A DNA stretch of 42,287 nucleotides, taken from the NCBI GenBank assembly GCA_044344305.1, contig JBIJDE010000002.1:1-42287 (forward strand), written 5' to 3'. A program made the translations under genes and the position numbers. The notes under the pieces were generated by a model. That model was not told the DNA's origin, did not search any database, and saw nothing but the letters and a program-made list of their open reading frames with translations. Source of the DNA: Armatimonadota bacterium (GTDB lineage: Bacteria; Armatimonadota; Hebobacteria; CAIYQO01). Position 1 is the first letter of the stretch, and the number at the start of each line of letters is the position of its first letter. Shown here one piece after another: positions 17,088 through 24,728 of this stretch.

Positions 17088-18170
17088 ATGATGAAGCGAT
17101 TTTTTATGAGGATAGCTGAACTTTTTACTGGCGTATTTGCGGTATTTAACTTCGATAACCGCAGCGTAATTCGCGGCGTCTACATTCCCCGCGCTCTGCT
17201 TATTTCTAATATCATTCTGGCTATTGTTGTTATCGTGTTAATGTATAAAAATAATAGTAAAGACGAAATGGTCTACTTTTTTAATTACTCAACTCTCAGC
17301 AATGACATGCGTTTAATGTTTTTCTCTGGTCTGGCTCTTATTCAGGCATTCATTATCATCCTGTTGCCGGCGCGCACCGCAAATGTGATAATAGAAGAGA
17401 AGGAGAAAGAGAATATAGACCATATTTTCCTCACTAAATTATCATCATTTCAACTGGTTATCGGGAAATTGCTATCTTCTACCGGAATCTACCTGATGTT
17501 TTTAATTACTGCAATTCCAGTGCTGGCGATAATGATTTGTTATTCTGGCGGGGTATCGATAGATGAGTTTTTCATATCAATATTAATAATCATCCTGAAT
17601 ATTTTCAAACTTTCCGCAATTTGCATTTATTTATCGGTCCGGGTTAAAAAACCAGCGCAGGCTATCACTTTTTCATATATCAGCATCATCATGCTGTTCT
17701 TCATATTACCGTCATTTTTTACAAAATACACAGTGTTTAACGAGATGCTTTATAGTGGATATCCCAATATCTTTAATGATTTCTTTGCAGTCAGCATATC
17801 CTTATTACCATTATTAGTCTTCGTTGGATTTCTAATAGCTGAGTTCTTTTTTGTCATTCAGCGTCATGTGGAAAGTTGGAAATCCTATATTGTAGTTTCA
17901 ATCATTGGCGTTCTACTTCTTATATGGGGGATATTTATCGTCATTATTGAACAAGCTTATGAAGGATTTGTGCCATATCTGAATCCAATTGAGTTTTTTG
18001 TGGTATTTCTATATCCAGAATTGTTCAATCTTTACGGTTCAAATGTGCTCACCAAGCCACAAATATATTCTGCAGTAATTCAATATTCCGCAGTCGCCAT
18101 AGTATCATCATTCGCCATATTATACCTTGCGGCACGTCGGCTGGATGTTTTGCGATGGGGAAGAGTATGA
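17088..18170 (+). CDS. ABC-2-type permease-like polytopic membrane protein, paralog A
   Basis: At least 6 hydrophobic segments. The block LPARTANVIIEEKEKENIDHIFLTKLSSFQLVIGKLLSS resembles the E-[RK]-E-x-x-T-[LI]-[ED] plus GK signature of ABC-2 permeases (from memory). Paralogous to the next ORF. Confidence 0.7.
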   Translation: MMKRFFMRIAELFTGVFAVFNFDNRSVIRGVYIPRALLISNIILAIVVIVLMYKNNSKDEMVYFFNYSTLSNDMRLMFFSGLALIQAFIIILLPARTANVIIEEKEKENIDHIFLTKLSSFQLVIGKLLSSTGIYLMFLITAIPVLAIMICYSGGVSIDEFFISILIIILNIFKLSAICIYLSVRVKKPAQAITFSYISIIMLFFILPSFFTKYTVFNEMLYSGYPNIFNDFFAVSISLLPLLVFVGFLIAEFFFVIQRHVESWKSYIVVSIIGVLLLIWGIFIVIIEQAYEGFVPYLNPIEFFVVFLYPELFNLYGSNVLTKPQIYSAVIQYSAVAIVSSFAILYLAARRLDVLRWGRV

Positions 18171-19225
18171 GAAAACGCTTTATGGAGATGCTGAAAGGCG
18201 CATTCGCGGTTTTTAATTTTGACAACCGCAGTGTCATTCGCGGTGTTTACATTCCCCGCGCGTTAATGATATGTAATTTCGTATTGGGTATTGTTGTTTT
18301 GATATCGATGTATGATATAAGTAATTCGAGTAATCATATGGTTATAAATGATTATATGGTTAGAGATATGCGCGAAAAATTTATTTATTGTATGGGATAC
18401 GTTCAATTACTCATCATTATACTGTTGCCGGCACATTCAGCAAATGCGATAATTGCGGAGAAAGAAAAAGAGAATATTGACCATTTATTTCTCACCCGAT
18501 TGACATCTTTTCAATTGATAATGGGGAAATTGCTGTCATCAATCGGTATTTATCTCATGTTTTTCATTTCTACTATTCCGGTATTAGCTATCTTAATTTC
18601 ATATACCGGCGGTGTATCAATTGAAGATTTTTTAGTTATGGTGTTATTGATTATAGTAAATACTTTCAAGCTTTCCTCTATCAGCATATATTTGTCAGTC
18701 CGGGTAAAAAAAGCAGGTGCTGCAATTACCTTTGCATACATCAGTATCGCCATGATATTCTTCTTTATTCCGGCTTTTTTCTCTGATATATCTGTTATGC
18801 ATTCGCTATTTTCCGGTAATTCCAGTGAACGTTATGAAGTAATCCCATTGATATTAGCTTCTTTACCCATAATCTTTATTGGTTTTATAATAGCAGAGTA
18901 TTATTTTGTATTAAGACGAAAAATAGAAAACTGGAGTGCATATATATTGGTAACATTAGCCGGTGCAATGTATTTTACAGCTATGATTATGTCGATAGAT
19001 TTTGATTTAGGGCATGGGACATTGTTTAACCCTATTGAGTATTTAATGGTTCGAATTAATTATGATATGCATTCTCGCGGTATTTTTACACCAGTTGGAA
19101 TTACAGAACAGTTAAAATATTATTTCGACATTTTCCAATATATCGCAGGTGCTGCGATATCATCATTCGCCATATTATACCTTGCGGCACGCCGGCTGGA
19201 TGTGTTACGATGGGGTAAAGTTTAG
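18167..19225 (+). CDS. ABC-2-type permease-like polytopic membrane protein, paralog B
   Basis: Colinear with paralog A. I place the start at ATG 18167 (MRKRFMEMLKGAFAVFNF aligns with MKRFFMRIAELFTGVFAVFNF). This gives an ATGA stop/start overlap with paralog A. The ORF track starts 12 nt earlier, at 18155. Confidence 0.7.
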   Translation: MRKRFMEMLKGAFAVFNFDNRSVIRGVYIPRALMICNFVLGIVVLISMYDISNSSNHMVINDYMVRDMREKFIYCMGYVQLLIIILLPAHSANAIIAEKEKENIDHLFLTRLTSFQLIMGKLLSSIGIYLMFFISTIPVLAILISYTGGVSIEDFLVMVLLIIVNTFKLSSISIYLSVRVKKAGAAITFAYISIAMIFFFIPAFFSDISVMHSLFSGNSSERYEVIPLILASLPIIFIGFIIAEYYFVLRRKIENWSAYILVTLAGAMYFTAMIMSIDFDLGHGTLFNPIEYLMVRINYDMHSRGIFTPVGITEQLKYYFDIFQYIAGAAISSFAILYLAARRLDVLRWGKV

Positions 19226-19240
19226 GAGATTTATATATAT

Positions 19241-20440
19241 ATGCAAGCTATTGATATGCCAACCCTGGTAAAAGAGATACGTACCCGTATGCGCGGCAAA
19301 ATGGCGCCGGTGATGATAGGGGTTTTTGTCGCCATTGCATCGTTAGTGGTAATTGCGATAGTGGCAGATACCAACTGGGATTTTAACAGTGAATTAGGCA
19401 GAAAAACATTCACCAGTATATCTGTTGCCGAGATGATTTTAATTGCATTGATTGGCCCCACATTATCCTGCAATGTAATATCACTTGAGCGCGAACGGCA
19501 GACGCTGGATTTCCTGTTGGTGACTCACCTGTCTCCATGGAATATATTAATGGGCAAGTACCTTGGCTCTGCCGGTTATTTAATATTGCTCTGGTTGTCG
19601 ATCATCCCCATCACCGCCGTCACTTTCATCCTGGGTGGGGTATCATGGCTCGAATTCATACTAATGCAGATTTTTCTCATCGTGCTGGTTTTGCTGTGCA
19701 GCGCAATCGGCGTTTACGCATCATCCCGCGCGCCAAAGAGTAACGTTGCCGCGTCATGGGCGATAAGTATCGTGATTTTCACATTCTTTGTACAAATTGG
19801 CATCTGCACATCGATGATGGCATTGCCCGGATTGTATTCAGATATGTTGAGAGTGAAAAATACCAATGCCGAAACCGCAATGCCGGAATACCTTTTCATA
19901 GTACTTTTCTTTATCGCGTCTATGGCGTTGTCGTATATCCCCAGCAGCGTAGTATTGGCAATAGTTACATTTTTCCGTAAAAAACCAGCATCACTTTTCA
20001 TACAATTATCAATTTTTCTGGCAATAACTCTCACCGTATTGTCCGGTATCCTATATATTAAGCACCAGATAGATATTGCTTATTTAGGGAACACTCCCTC
20101 AAGCATGGCAACATTTCTTGCCTACTCTTTTATGACTGGCATGAGTGAAGAAAAATTTATGAAAATAACATCATTAGGCAATCCTGTACTCACCGGAATC
20201 ATGCTTATTGAACCAAATTCAATTAATCCAGTCATCTTCTCAAATAAATATTATGACCTGGCTCTATCATTATTCCTCATGTTGGTATTCACCTTCACCG
20301 CGTTATCACTGGCATACGGCAACCTGTTGCGACTATACCCGCAATTCGCCGAAAAGGTAAAACAACCGAAGGTAAAACCAGAGAAGATAAAAAAGAGAAA
20401 CAAAACGGAAACTCCAGAAGAGATACCAGAAGTTTCATAG
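19241..20440 (+). CDS. ABC-2-type permease-like polytopic membrane protein, divergent third member with a Lys-rich tail
   Basis: AGGAG lies at 19223-19227. The block VISLERERQTLDFLLVTHLSPWNILMGKYLGS is a clearer ABC-2 signature. The protein has multiple TM segments and a C-terminal EKVKQPKVKPEKIKKRNKTE tail. Confidence 0.7.
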   Translation: MQAIDMPTLVKEIRTRMRGKMAPVMIGVFVAIASLVVIAIVADTNWDFNSELGRKTFTSISVAEMILIALIGPTLSCNVISLERERQTLDFLLVTHLSPWNILMGKYLGSAGYLILLWLSIIPITAVTFILGGVSWLEFILMQIFLIVLVLLCSAIGVYASSRAPKSNVAASWAISIVIFTFFVQIGICTSMMALPGLYSDMLRVKNTNAETAMPEYLFIVLFFIASMALSYIPSSVVLAIVTFFRKKPASLFIQLSIFLAITLTVLSGILYIKHQIDIAYLGNTPSSMATFLAYSFMTGMSEEKFMKITSLGNPVLTGIMLIEPNSINPVIFSNKYYDLALSLFLMLVFTFTALSLAYGNLLRLYPQFAEKVKQPKVKPEKIKKRNKTETPEEIPEVS

Positions 20441-20443
20441 TAA

Positions 20444-20473
20444 GTTAGCAATCAAATTCGAATAAAAAAGTCA
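20444..20473. repeat. 30-nt box GTTAGCAATCAAATTCGAATAAAAAAGTCA, repeated at 32939-32967
   Basis: The two copies differ by one indel. Both begin within 20 nt of the stop codon of a large membrane-protein gene. Confidence 0.75.
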
Positions 20474-20516
20474 TAACTTCAAATGGTTGTTAATTATCAG
20501 AAGTTAACATATCTTT

Positions 20517-20785
20517 ACCCCGTAGGGGTCTCACGTCTATAGAATCTGACATCAATCTACATATATTTACGACCCCGTAGGGTGTCGAACATTCGCAGAT
20601 TATAGCTAATTGTTGTTCGACACCCTACGGGGTCGGATATAAATTGGTTGTGACCATCTATTTAAAATTGAAAAATTGCTGGTAATAACATCCGACCCAC
20701 TCTGGGGTAGATAATCTCATGTTGAATTATTTTCTACCAATATGTGACATCCGGGGTCAAAGATAAATTGATAAAATGTGTATAA
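20517..20785. repeat. Second cluster of GACCCC...GGGGTC palindromes, partly homologous to element 1
   Basis: ACCCCGTAGGGGT lies at 20517-20529. A hairpin with 22-nt perfect arms is formed by CGACCCCGTAGGGTGTCGAACA (20570-20591) and TGTTCGACACCCTACGGGGTCG (20614-20635). Further palindromes are CGACCCACTCTGGGGT (20693-20708) and TGACATCCGGGGTCA (20745-20759). Positions 20709-20790 are colinear with 11061-11140, including a degenerate ATGTGTATAA end. Confidence 0.7.
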
Positions 20786-20917
20786 GGGTGAGAGCGATGC
20801 TGTGGGCTATGGAATTATGAAATATCCGAATTTACCGCAACATCTAACAAAATAGGTTATGAAATTCAGTCACCTTTTTGAAAACTGCTATGTCAATTTT
20901 GCAACAGATTTACTACA

Positions 20918-20957
20918 TTGTAAAAAAAATCACAAATATTTGTAATTTTTTTCACAA
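20918..20957 (+). promoter_or_regulatory. Two tandem Rex/CRP-family-type palindromes upstream of the hydrogenase operon
   Basis: TTGTAAAAAAAATCACAA (20918-20935) and TTGTAATTTTTTTCACAA (20940-20957) both fit TGTnA-N6-TCACA and nearly fit TTGTGAA-N4-TTCACAA. Their centres are 22 bp apart, about 100 nt upstream of ATG 21047. The hexamers TTGTAA, N17 and TGTAAT are embedded in the two boxes. Confidence 0.45.
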
Positions 20958-21046
20958 AGTTATTGTATCTTGCATCTTAATAAGTTATCATTAATTAATG
21001 GCATTGAATTGCTATCATTTAAATTGGTTATAACCGGGGGTTTCTT

Positions 21047-21559
21047 ATGGGTACTCAGGTATCGCAATGTAAATGTTGCGAAGAGACTGAAGAGGCTAAA
21101 CTGGCACGAATCGGCGATATTATCGACGAATTTAAAGGCAGTGAAGGTAGTCTTATTCAGGTGCTGCACTTAGTGCAGGGTGTATATGGCTATTTGCCAT
21201 TAGAAATTCAGCAATTAATCGCTGATAAGATGGATATTCCTCTATCAGAAGTTCATGGCGTTACGACATTTTATTCGTTTTTCTCTACTAAACCACGTGG
21301 TGAATATACCATTCGCGTTTGTCTGGGAACGGCATGTTATGTACGTGGCAGCGCAAAGATTTTGAAGCGTCTTACCGAGATGTTGGGTGTTGATGTCGGC
21401 GGAACTACCGAAGATAAAAAGTTCACCCTGGAAGTGATGCGCTGTCTGGGTGCGTGTGGAATGGCCCCGGCAATGATGATTAACGATGAAGTTATTGCCC
21501 AGGTTAATCCGCAGAAGTTGAATGGCATCCTGGAAAAATGCGACTGGAGAAAGAGCTAA
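21047..21559 (+). CDS. hydC: NuoE-like [2Fe-2S] subunit of a multimeric [FeFe]-hydrogenase (HydC/HndA type)
   Basis: Thioredoxin-like 2Fe-2S pattern: IRVCLGTACYVRG...MRCLGACGMAPAMMIND. It lies immediately upstream of the NuoF-like and HydA genes. Confidence 0.9.
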   Translation: MGTQVSQCKCCEETEEAKLARIGDIIDEFKGSEGSLIQVLHLVQGVYGYLPLEIQQLIADKMDIPLSEVHGVTTFYSFFSTKPRGEYTIRVCLGTACYVRGSAKILKRLTEMLGVDVGGTTEDKKFTLEVMRCLGACGMAPAMMINDEVIAQVNPQKLNGILEKCDWRKS

Positions 21560-21561
21560 TT

Positions 21562-24500
21562 ATGACTACAGTTACTAAAAATATTACCTCTCTCGCTGAT
21601 TTAGATGCTATTAAATCAAGCTATCAGAAAGAGGACAACTCTAAAAAGTTTCAATTATTAGTCTGCGCTGGTGCTGGATGTATATCATCCGGTTGTCATG
21701 CCGTGCGTGATTCCCTGTTAAAATCACTTGAAGCGGCCGGCTTGCTTGACCAGGTAGTCATTCACGAAACCGGCTGTATTGGCACCTGCGACCTGGGCCC
21801 TTCACTGGTTGTACAGCCTGATGATGTTTTTTACACCAAGCTGAAACCGGAAGATATGCCGAATATCGTCAACCAGCATCTGGTGAATGGCAATATCATT
21901 GACGCGTTATGCTATTTAGACCGCAAGACAGATGAGAGAGTAACTCACCTTTCTGATATTGAATATTTCAAACGCCAGGTTCGACTGGTTACCGCACGTT
22001 GCGGCAGTATGCCTTATAATGATATTCAGGCGTACATTGCATCCGACGGTTATTACGGATTAGCTAAATCACTGCTGCAAATGTCGCAGGTAGACGTTAT
22101 TAACGAGATGAAAAAGTCTGGCTTGCGCGGTCGTGGCGGCGGAGGTTTCCCCACCGGTATTAAGTGGGAAGCCGGATATAAAGCGGTAGGCGACGAAAAA
22201 GTAGTCGTTTGCAACGGCGACGAAGGCGACCCGGGCGCATTTATGGATCGTTCGCTGATGGAAGGCGACCCCCACGCGGTTATCGAAGGTATGCTGATAT
22301 GCGGTTATGCCATCGGCGCGAACATGGGCTATATTTACGTTCGCGCTGAATACCCCACCGCCATCGAACGCATGCAGGAATCGATAAAACAGGCGCATGA
22401 ATGCGGTCTGCTGGGCAAAAATGTAATGGGAACCAGCTTTGCATTTGATATTGAAATACGTATCGGTGCCGGCGCATTCGTATGTGGCGAAGAAACTGCA
22501 CTGATGGCATCCATCGAAGGCCATCGCGGCGAACCGCGCCAGAAACCGCCATTCCCGTTTGAACGTGGCGTATTTGGCAAGCCGACTATCATTAATAACG
22601 TTGAAACCCTCGCGAATGTACCACTGATTATAAATAAATCAGCCGATTGGTTCACCGGTTATGGCACCCCCAACAGTCGTGGAACGAAAGTATTCGCGCT
22701 GGCTGGTGACGTGGTAAATACCGGTATCGTTGAGGTTCCCATGGGCACTACCCTGGGCGAAATAATATTTGACATCGGCGGCGGCATGCAAAACGGCAAA
22801 GAGTTTAAAGCTGCCCAGACCGGCGGACCCAGCGGTGGATGTTTAACCAAAGAACATCTTAACACCCCGGTTGATTATGACTCCCTTGTGAAATTGGGTA
22901 CAATCATGGGTTCCGGCGGCTTAATTGCAATGGACGAAGATACCTGTATGGTTGACGTTGCCCGTTTCTTTATGGATTTCGTACAGGATGAATCATGCGG
23001 CAAATGCGTACCGTGCCGAATAGGCACACGCCGCATGTTGGATATTCTCGAACGAATCACCCAGGGTAAAGGAAAAGAGAGCGACATAGAATTACTGAAA
23101 GAACTTGCTGTCACCTGTAAAGAGACCTCCACCTGCGGACTTGGGCAAACAGCCGGTAATCCTGTTCTCAGCACAATTCGCTATTTCCGCGAAGAGTTCG
23201 AAGAACATATCAAACAGAAATATTGCCGTGGTGGTATCTGCGCAGAACTGTTTATCTCGCCATGTCAGAATGCTTGTCCTGCCGGTGTTAATGTTCCCGG
23301 TTATGTGGCACTTATCGCCGCTGGCCGTCCTCGCGATGCCTACAACCTGATTCGCAAAGACAACCCTTTCCCGGCTATTTGCGGACGCGTTTGCACCCAC
23401 CCATGTGAAAGCAAATGCCGTCGCGCACAGGTTGACGAGTCATTGGCAATTTGCGATTTAAAACGTTATGCATCCGACTTTGTATTCAACAATGATGAGC
23501 CATATATGGACCTGGTATTCCCGAAAAAGGATGAATCCATCGGCATCATCGGTGCCGGTCCATCCGGTTTAACCTGCGCGTATTATCTGGCACGGTTAGG
23601 CTACGGTGTTACGGTTTATGAAATGCAACCAATTGCCGGCGGTATGCTGGCTTATGGTATACCTGAATATCGATTGCCAAATGATATCCTGGAAAAAGAG
23701 ATACGCCTGATTGAACAAGTCGGTGTGGAAATTAAACTGGGTGTTGAAGTCGGTAAAGATATTCTATTCAGCGAAATGCGCCAGAAGCATAATGCTATTT
23801 ATGTCGCCACCGGAACACAATTCCCCAATAAAGTTGGCGTACCGGGTGAAGAGCTTGCTGGTGTATATCATGGCCTTGATTTCCTGCGCGATGTGGCATT
23901 GGGCAAACCGGTAACGGTAGGCAAAAATGTTGTCGTCATCGGCGGCGGCAGCACAGCATTTGACGCGGCGCGAACCGCACTGCGCAAAGGTGCCGAATCT
24001 GTTACGGTCATTTATCGCCGTACCATCGAAGATATGCCGGCCGATCAGCGTGAAATTGACGAAGCGATTGAAGAAGGCGTAGAAGTCCGCGAATTACTCG
24101 CCCCTGTCGCAATTGTCGGCGATAAAAATGTCACCGGCATTCGCTGCATAGCCATGGAACTGCGCGGATTTGACGGTGCCGGCCGCCGCAAGCCGTATCC
24201 TGTAGAAGGTTTGGAAGTGGTCATTGCTGCCGATATGGTTATTCCTGCGGTAAGCCAGCATTCCGACCTGCCATTCATCAGCAAAGATGATATCGAAGTC
24301 AGTCAATGGGGAACCCTGGTCACTGACCCGGAAACCATGATGACATCAATCGACGGCGTGTTCGCCGGCGGCGACGTTATCCGCGGCCCGGATATCGTCA
24401 TCACTGCCATTGCTGATGGTAAAAAGACAGCCTCCGCAATTAGCCGCTACCTGGGTGGCGACGGCGAATTAAACACCGGCGAAGATATCGATATCCCAAT

Positions 24501-24663
24501 GCCGGAAGCGGAAGAAGAAGTTATGGAACACGACCGTTTTGAAATGCGATACAACGACCCGGAACAACGCATAAAGAACTTTGACGAAGTCGTCGTCGGT
24601 TTCCATCGTTTGAATGCGATTGCGGAAGCTATGCGCTGTCTGCGCTGCGATCGCCGCTGCTGA
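21562..24663 (+). CDS. hydB: NuoF-like flavoprotein subunit (HydB type) fused to a GltD/NfnB-like NAD(P)H oxidoreductase module
   Basis: GGAGAAAGAG lies upstream, and ATG 21562 is 2 nt after the hydC stop. N-terminal 2Fe-2S domain (LLVCAGAGCISSGC...ETGCIGTCDLGPS). NuoF motifs GLRGRGGGGFPTGIKW, VVCNGDEGDPGAFMDR and SCGKCVPCRIG. GltD-type block PCQNACPAGVNVPGY...NPFPAICGRVCTHPCESKCRR. Dinucleotide folds IGIIGAGPSGLTCAYYLA and VVVIGGGSTAFDAA, then VFAGGDV. The C-terminus is CLRCDRRC. Confidence 0.9.
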   Translation: MTTVTKNITSLADLDAIKSSYQKEDNSKKFQLLVCAGAGCISSGCHAVRDSLLKSLEAAGLLDQVVIHETGCIGTCDLGPSLVVQPDDVFYTKLKPEDMPNIVNQHLVNGNIIDALCYLDRKTDERVTHLSDIEYFKRQVRLVTARCGSMPYNDIQAYIASDGYYGLAKSLLQMSQVDVINEMKKSGLRGRGGGGFPTGIKWEAGYKAVGDEKVVVCNGDEGDPGAFMDRSLMEGDPHAVIEGMLICGYAIGANMGYIYVRAEYPTAIERMQESIKQAHECGLLGKNVMGTSFAFDIEIRIGAGAFVCGEETALMASIEGHRGEPRQKPPFPFERGVFGKPTIINNVETLANVPLIINKSADWFTGYGTPNSRGTKVFALAGDVVNTGIVEVPMGTTLGEIIFDIGGGMQNGKEFKAAQTGGPSGGCLTKEHLNTPVDYDSLVKLGTIMGSGGLIAMDEDTCMVDVARFFMDFVQDESCGKCVPCRIGTRRMLDILERITQGKGKESDIELLKELAVTCKETSTCGLGQTAGNPVLSTIRYFREEFEEHIKQKYCRGGICAELFISPCQNACPAGVNVPGYVALIAAGRPRDAYNLIRKDNPFPAICGRVCTHPCESKCRRAQVDESLAICDLKRYASDFVFNNDEPYMDLVFPKKDESIGIIGAGPSGLTCAYYLARLGYGVTVYEMQPIAGGMLAYGIPEYRLPNDILEKEIRLIEQVGVEIKLGVEVGKDILFSEMRQKHNAIYVATGTQFPNKVGVPGEELAGVYHGLDFLRDVALGKPVTVGKNVVVIGGGSTAFDAARTALRKGAESVTVIYRRTIEDMPADQREIDEAIEEGVEVRELLAPVAIVGDKNVTGIRCIAMELRGFDGAGRRKPYPVEGLEVVIAADMVIPAVSQHSDLPFISKDDIEVSQWGTLVTDPETMMTSIDGVFAGGDVIRGPDIVITAIADGKKTASAISRYLGGDGELNTGEDIDIPMPEAEEEVMEHDRFEMRYNDPEQRIKNFDEVVVGFHRLNAIAEAMRCLRCDRRC

Positions 24664-24670
24664 TAATAAC

Positions 24671-24702
24671 GGCGGGAAGATATAAAACACCATCTTCCCG
24701 CC
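24671..24702 (+). other. Intercistronic stem-loop between hydB and hydA
   Basis: GGCGGGAAGAT (24671-24681) pairs perfectly with ATCTTCCCGCC (24692-24702) around a 10-nt loop. It starts 8 nt after the hydB stop and has no U-tract. Confidence 0.5.
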
Positions 24703-24728
24703 TAATTAAATATAAAGGTAAAAACAAT

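Noticed and set aside
18155-18166. Earlier ATG for permease paralog B
   Set aside because: Alignment with paralog A supports MRKRF... at 18167, which gives a classic ATGA overlap. The four extra residues (MGKS) have no counterpart in A.
20960-21173. 67- and 69-aa ORFs overlapping the hydrogenase promoter region and hydC start
   Set aside because: They span the regulatory palindromes and the start of a well-supported gene. Neither has a ribosome-binding site or a motif.
21538-21561. Upstream ATG giving an 8-aa longer HydB
   Set aside because: It overlaps the hydC 3' end. ATG 21562 has a well-placed GGAGAAAGAG Shine-Dalgarno sequence and starts 2 nt after the hydC stop.
22069-22655. Antisense and alternate-frame ORFs inside long genes (representative examples: 1276-1788, 11698-12240, 12630-13166, 15342-15943, 22069-22655, 39004-39891)
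   Set aside because: Each is wholly embedded in a strongly supported gene on the other strand or frame, has biased or low-complexity composition, and shows no recognisable motif.
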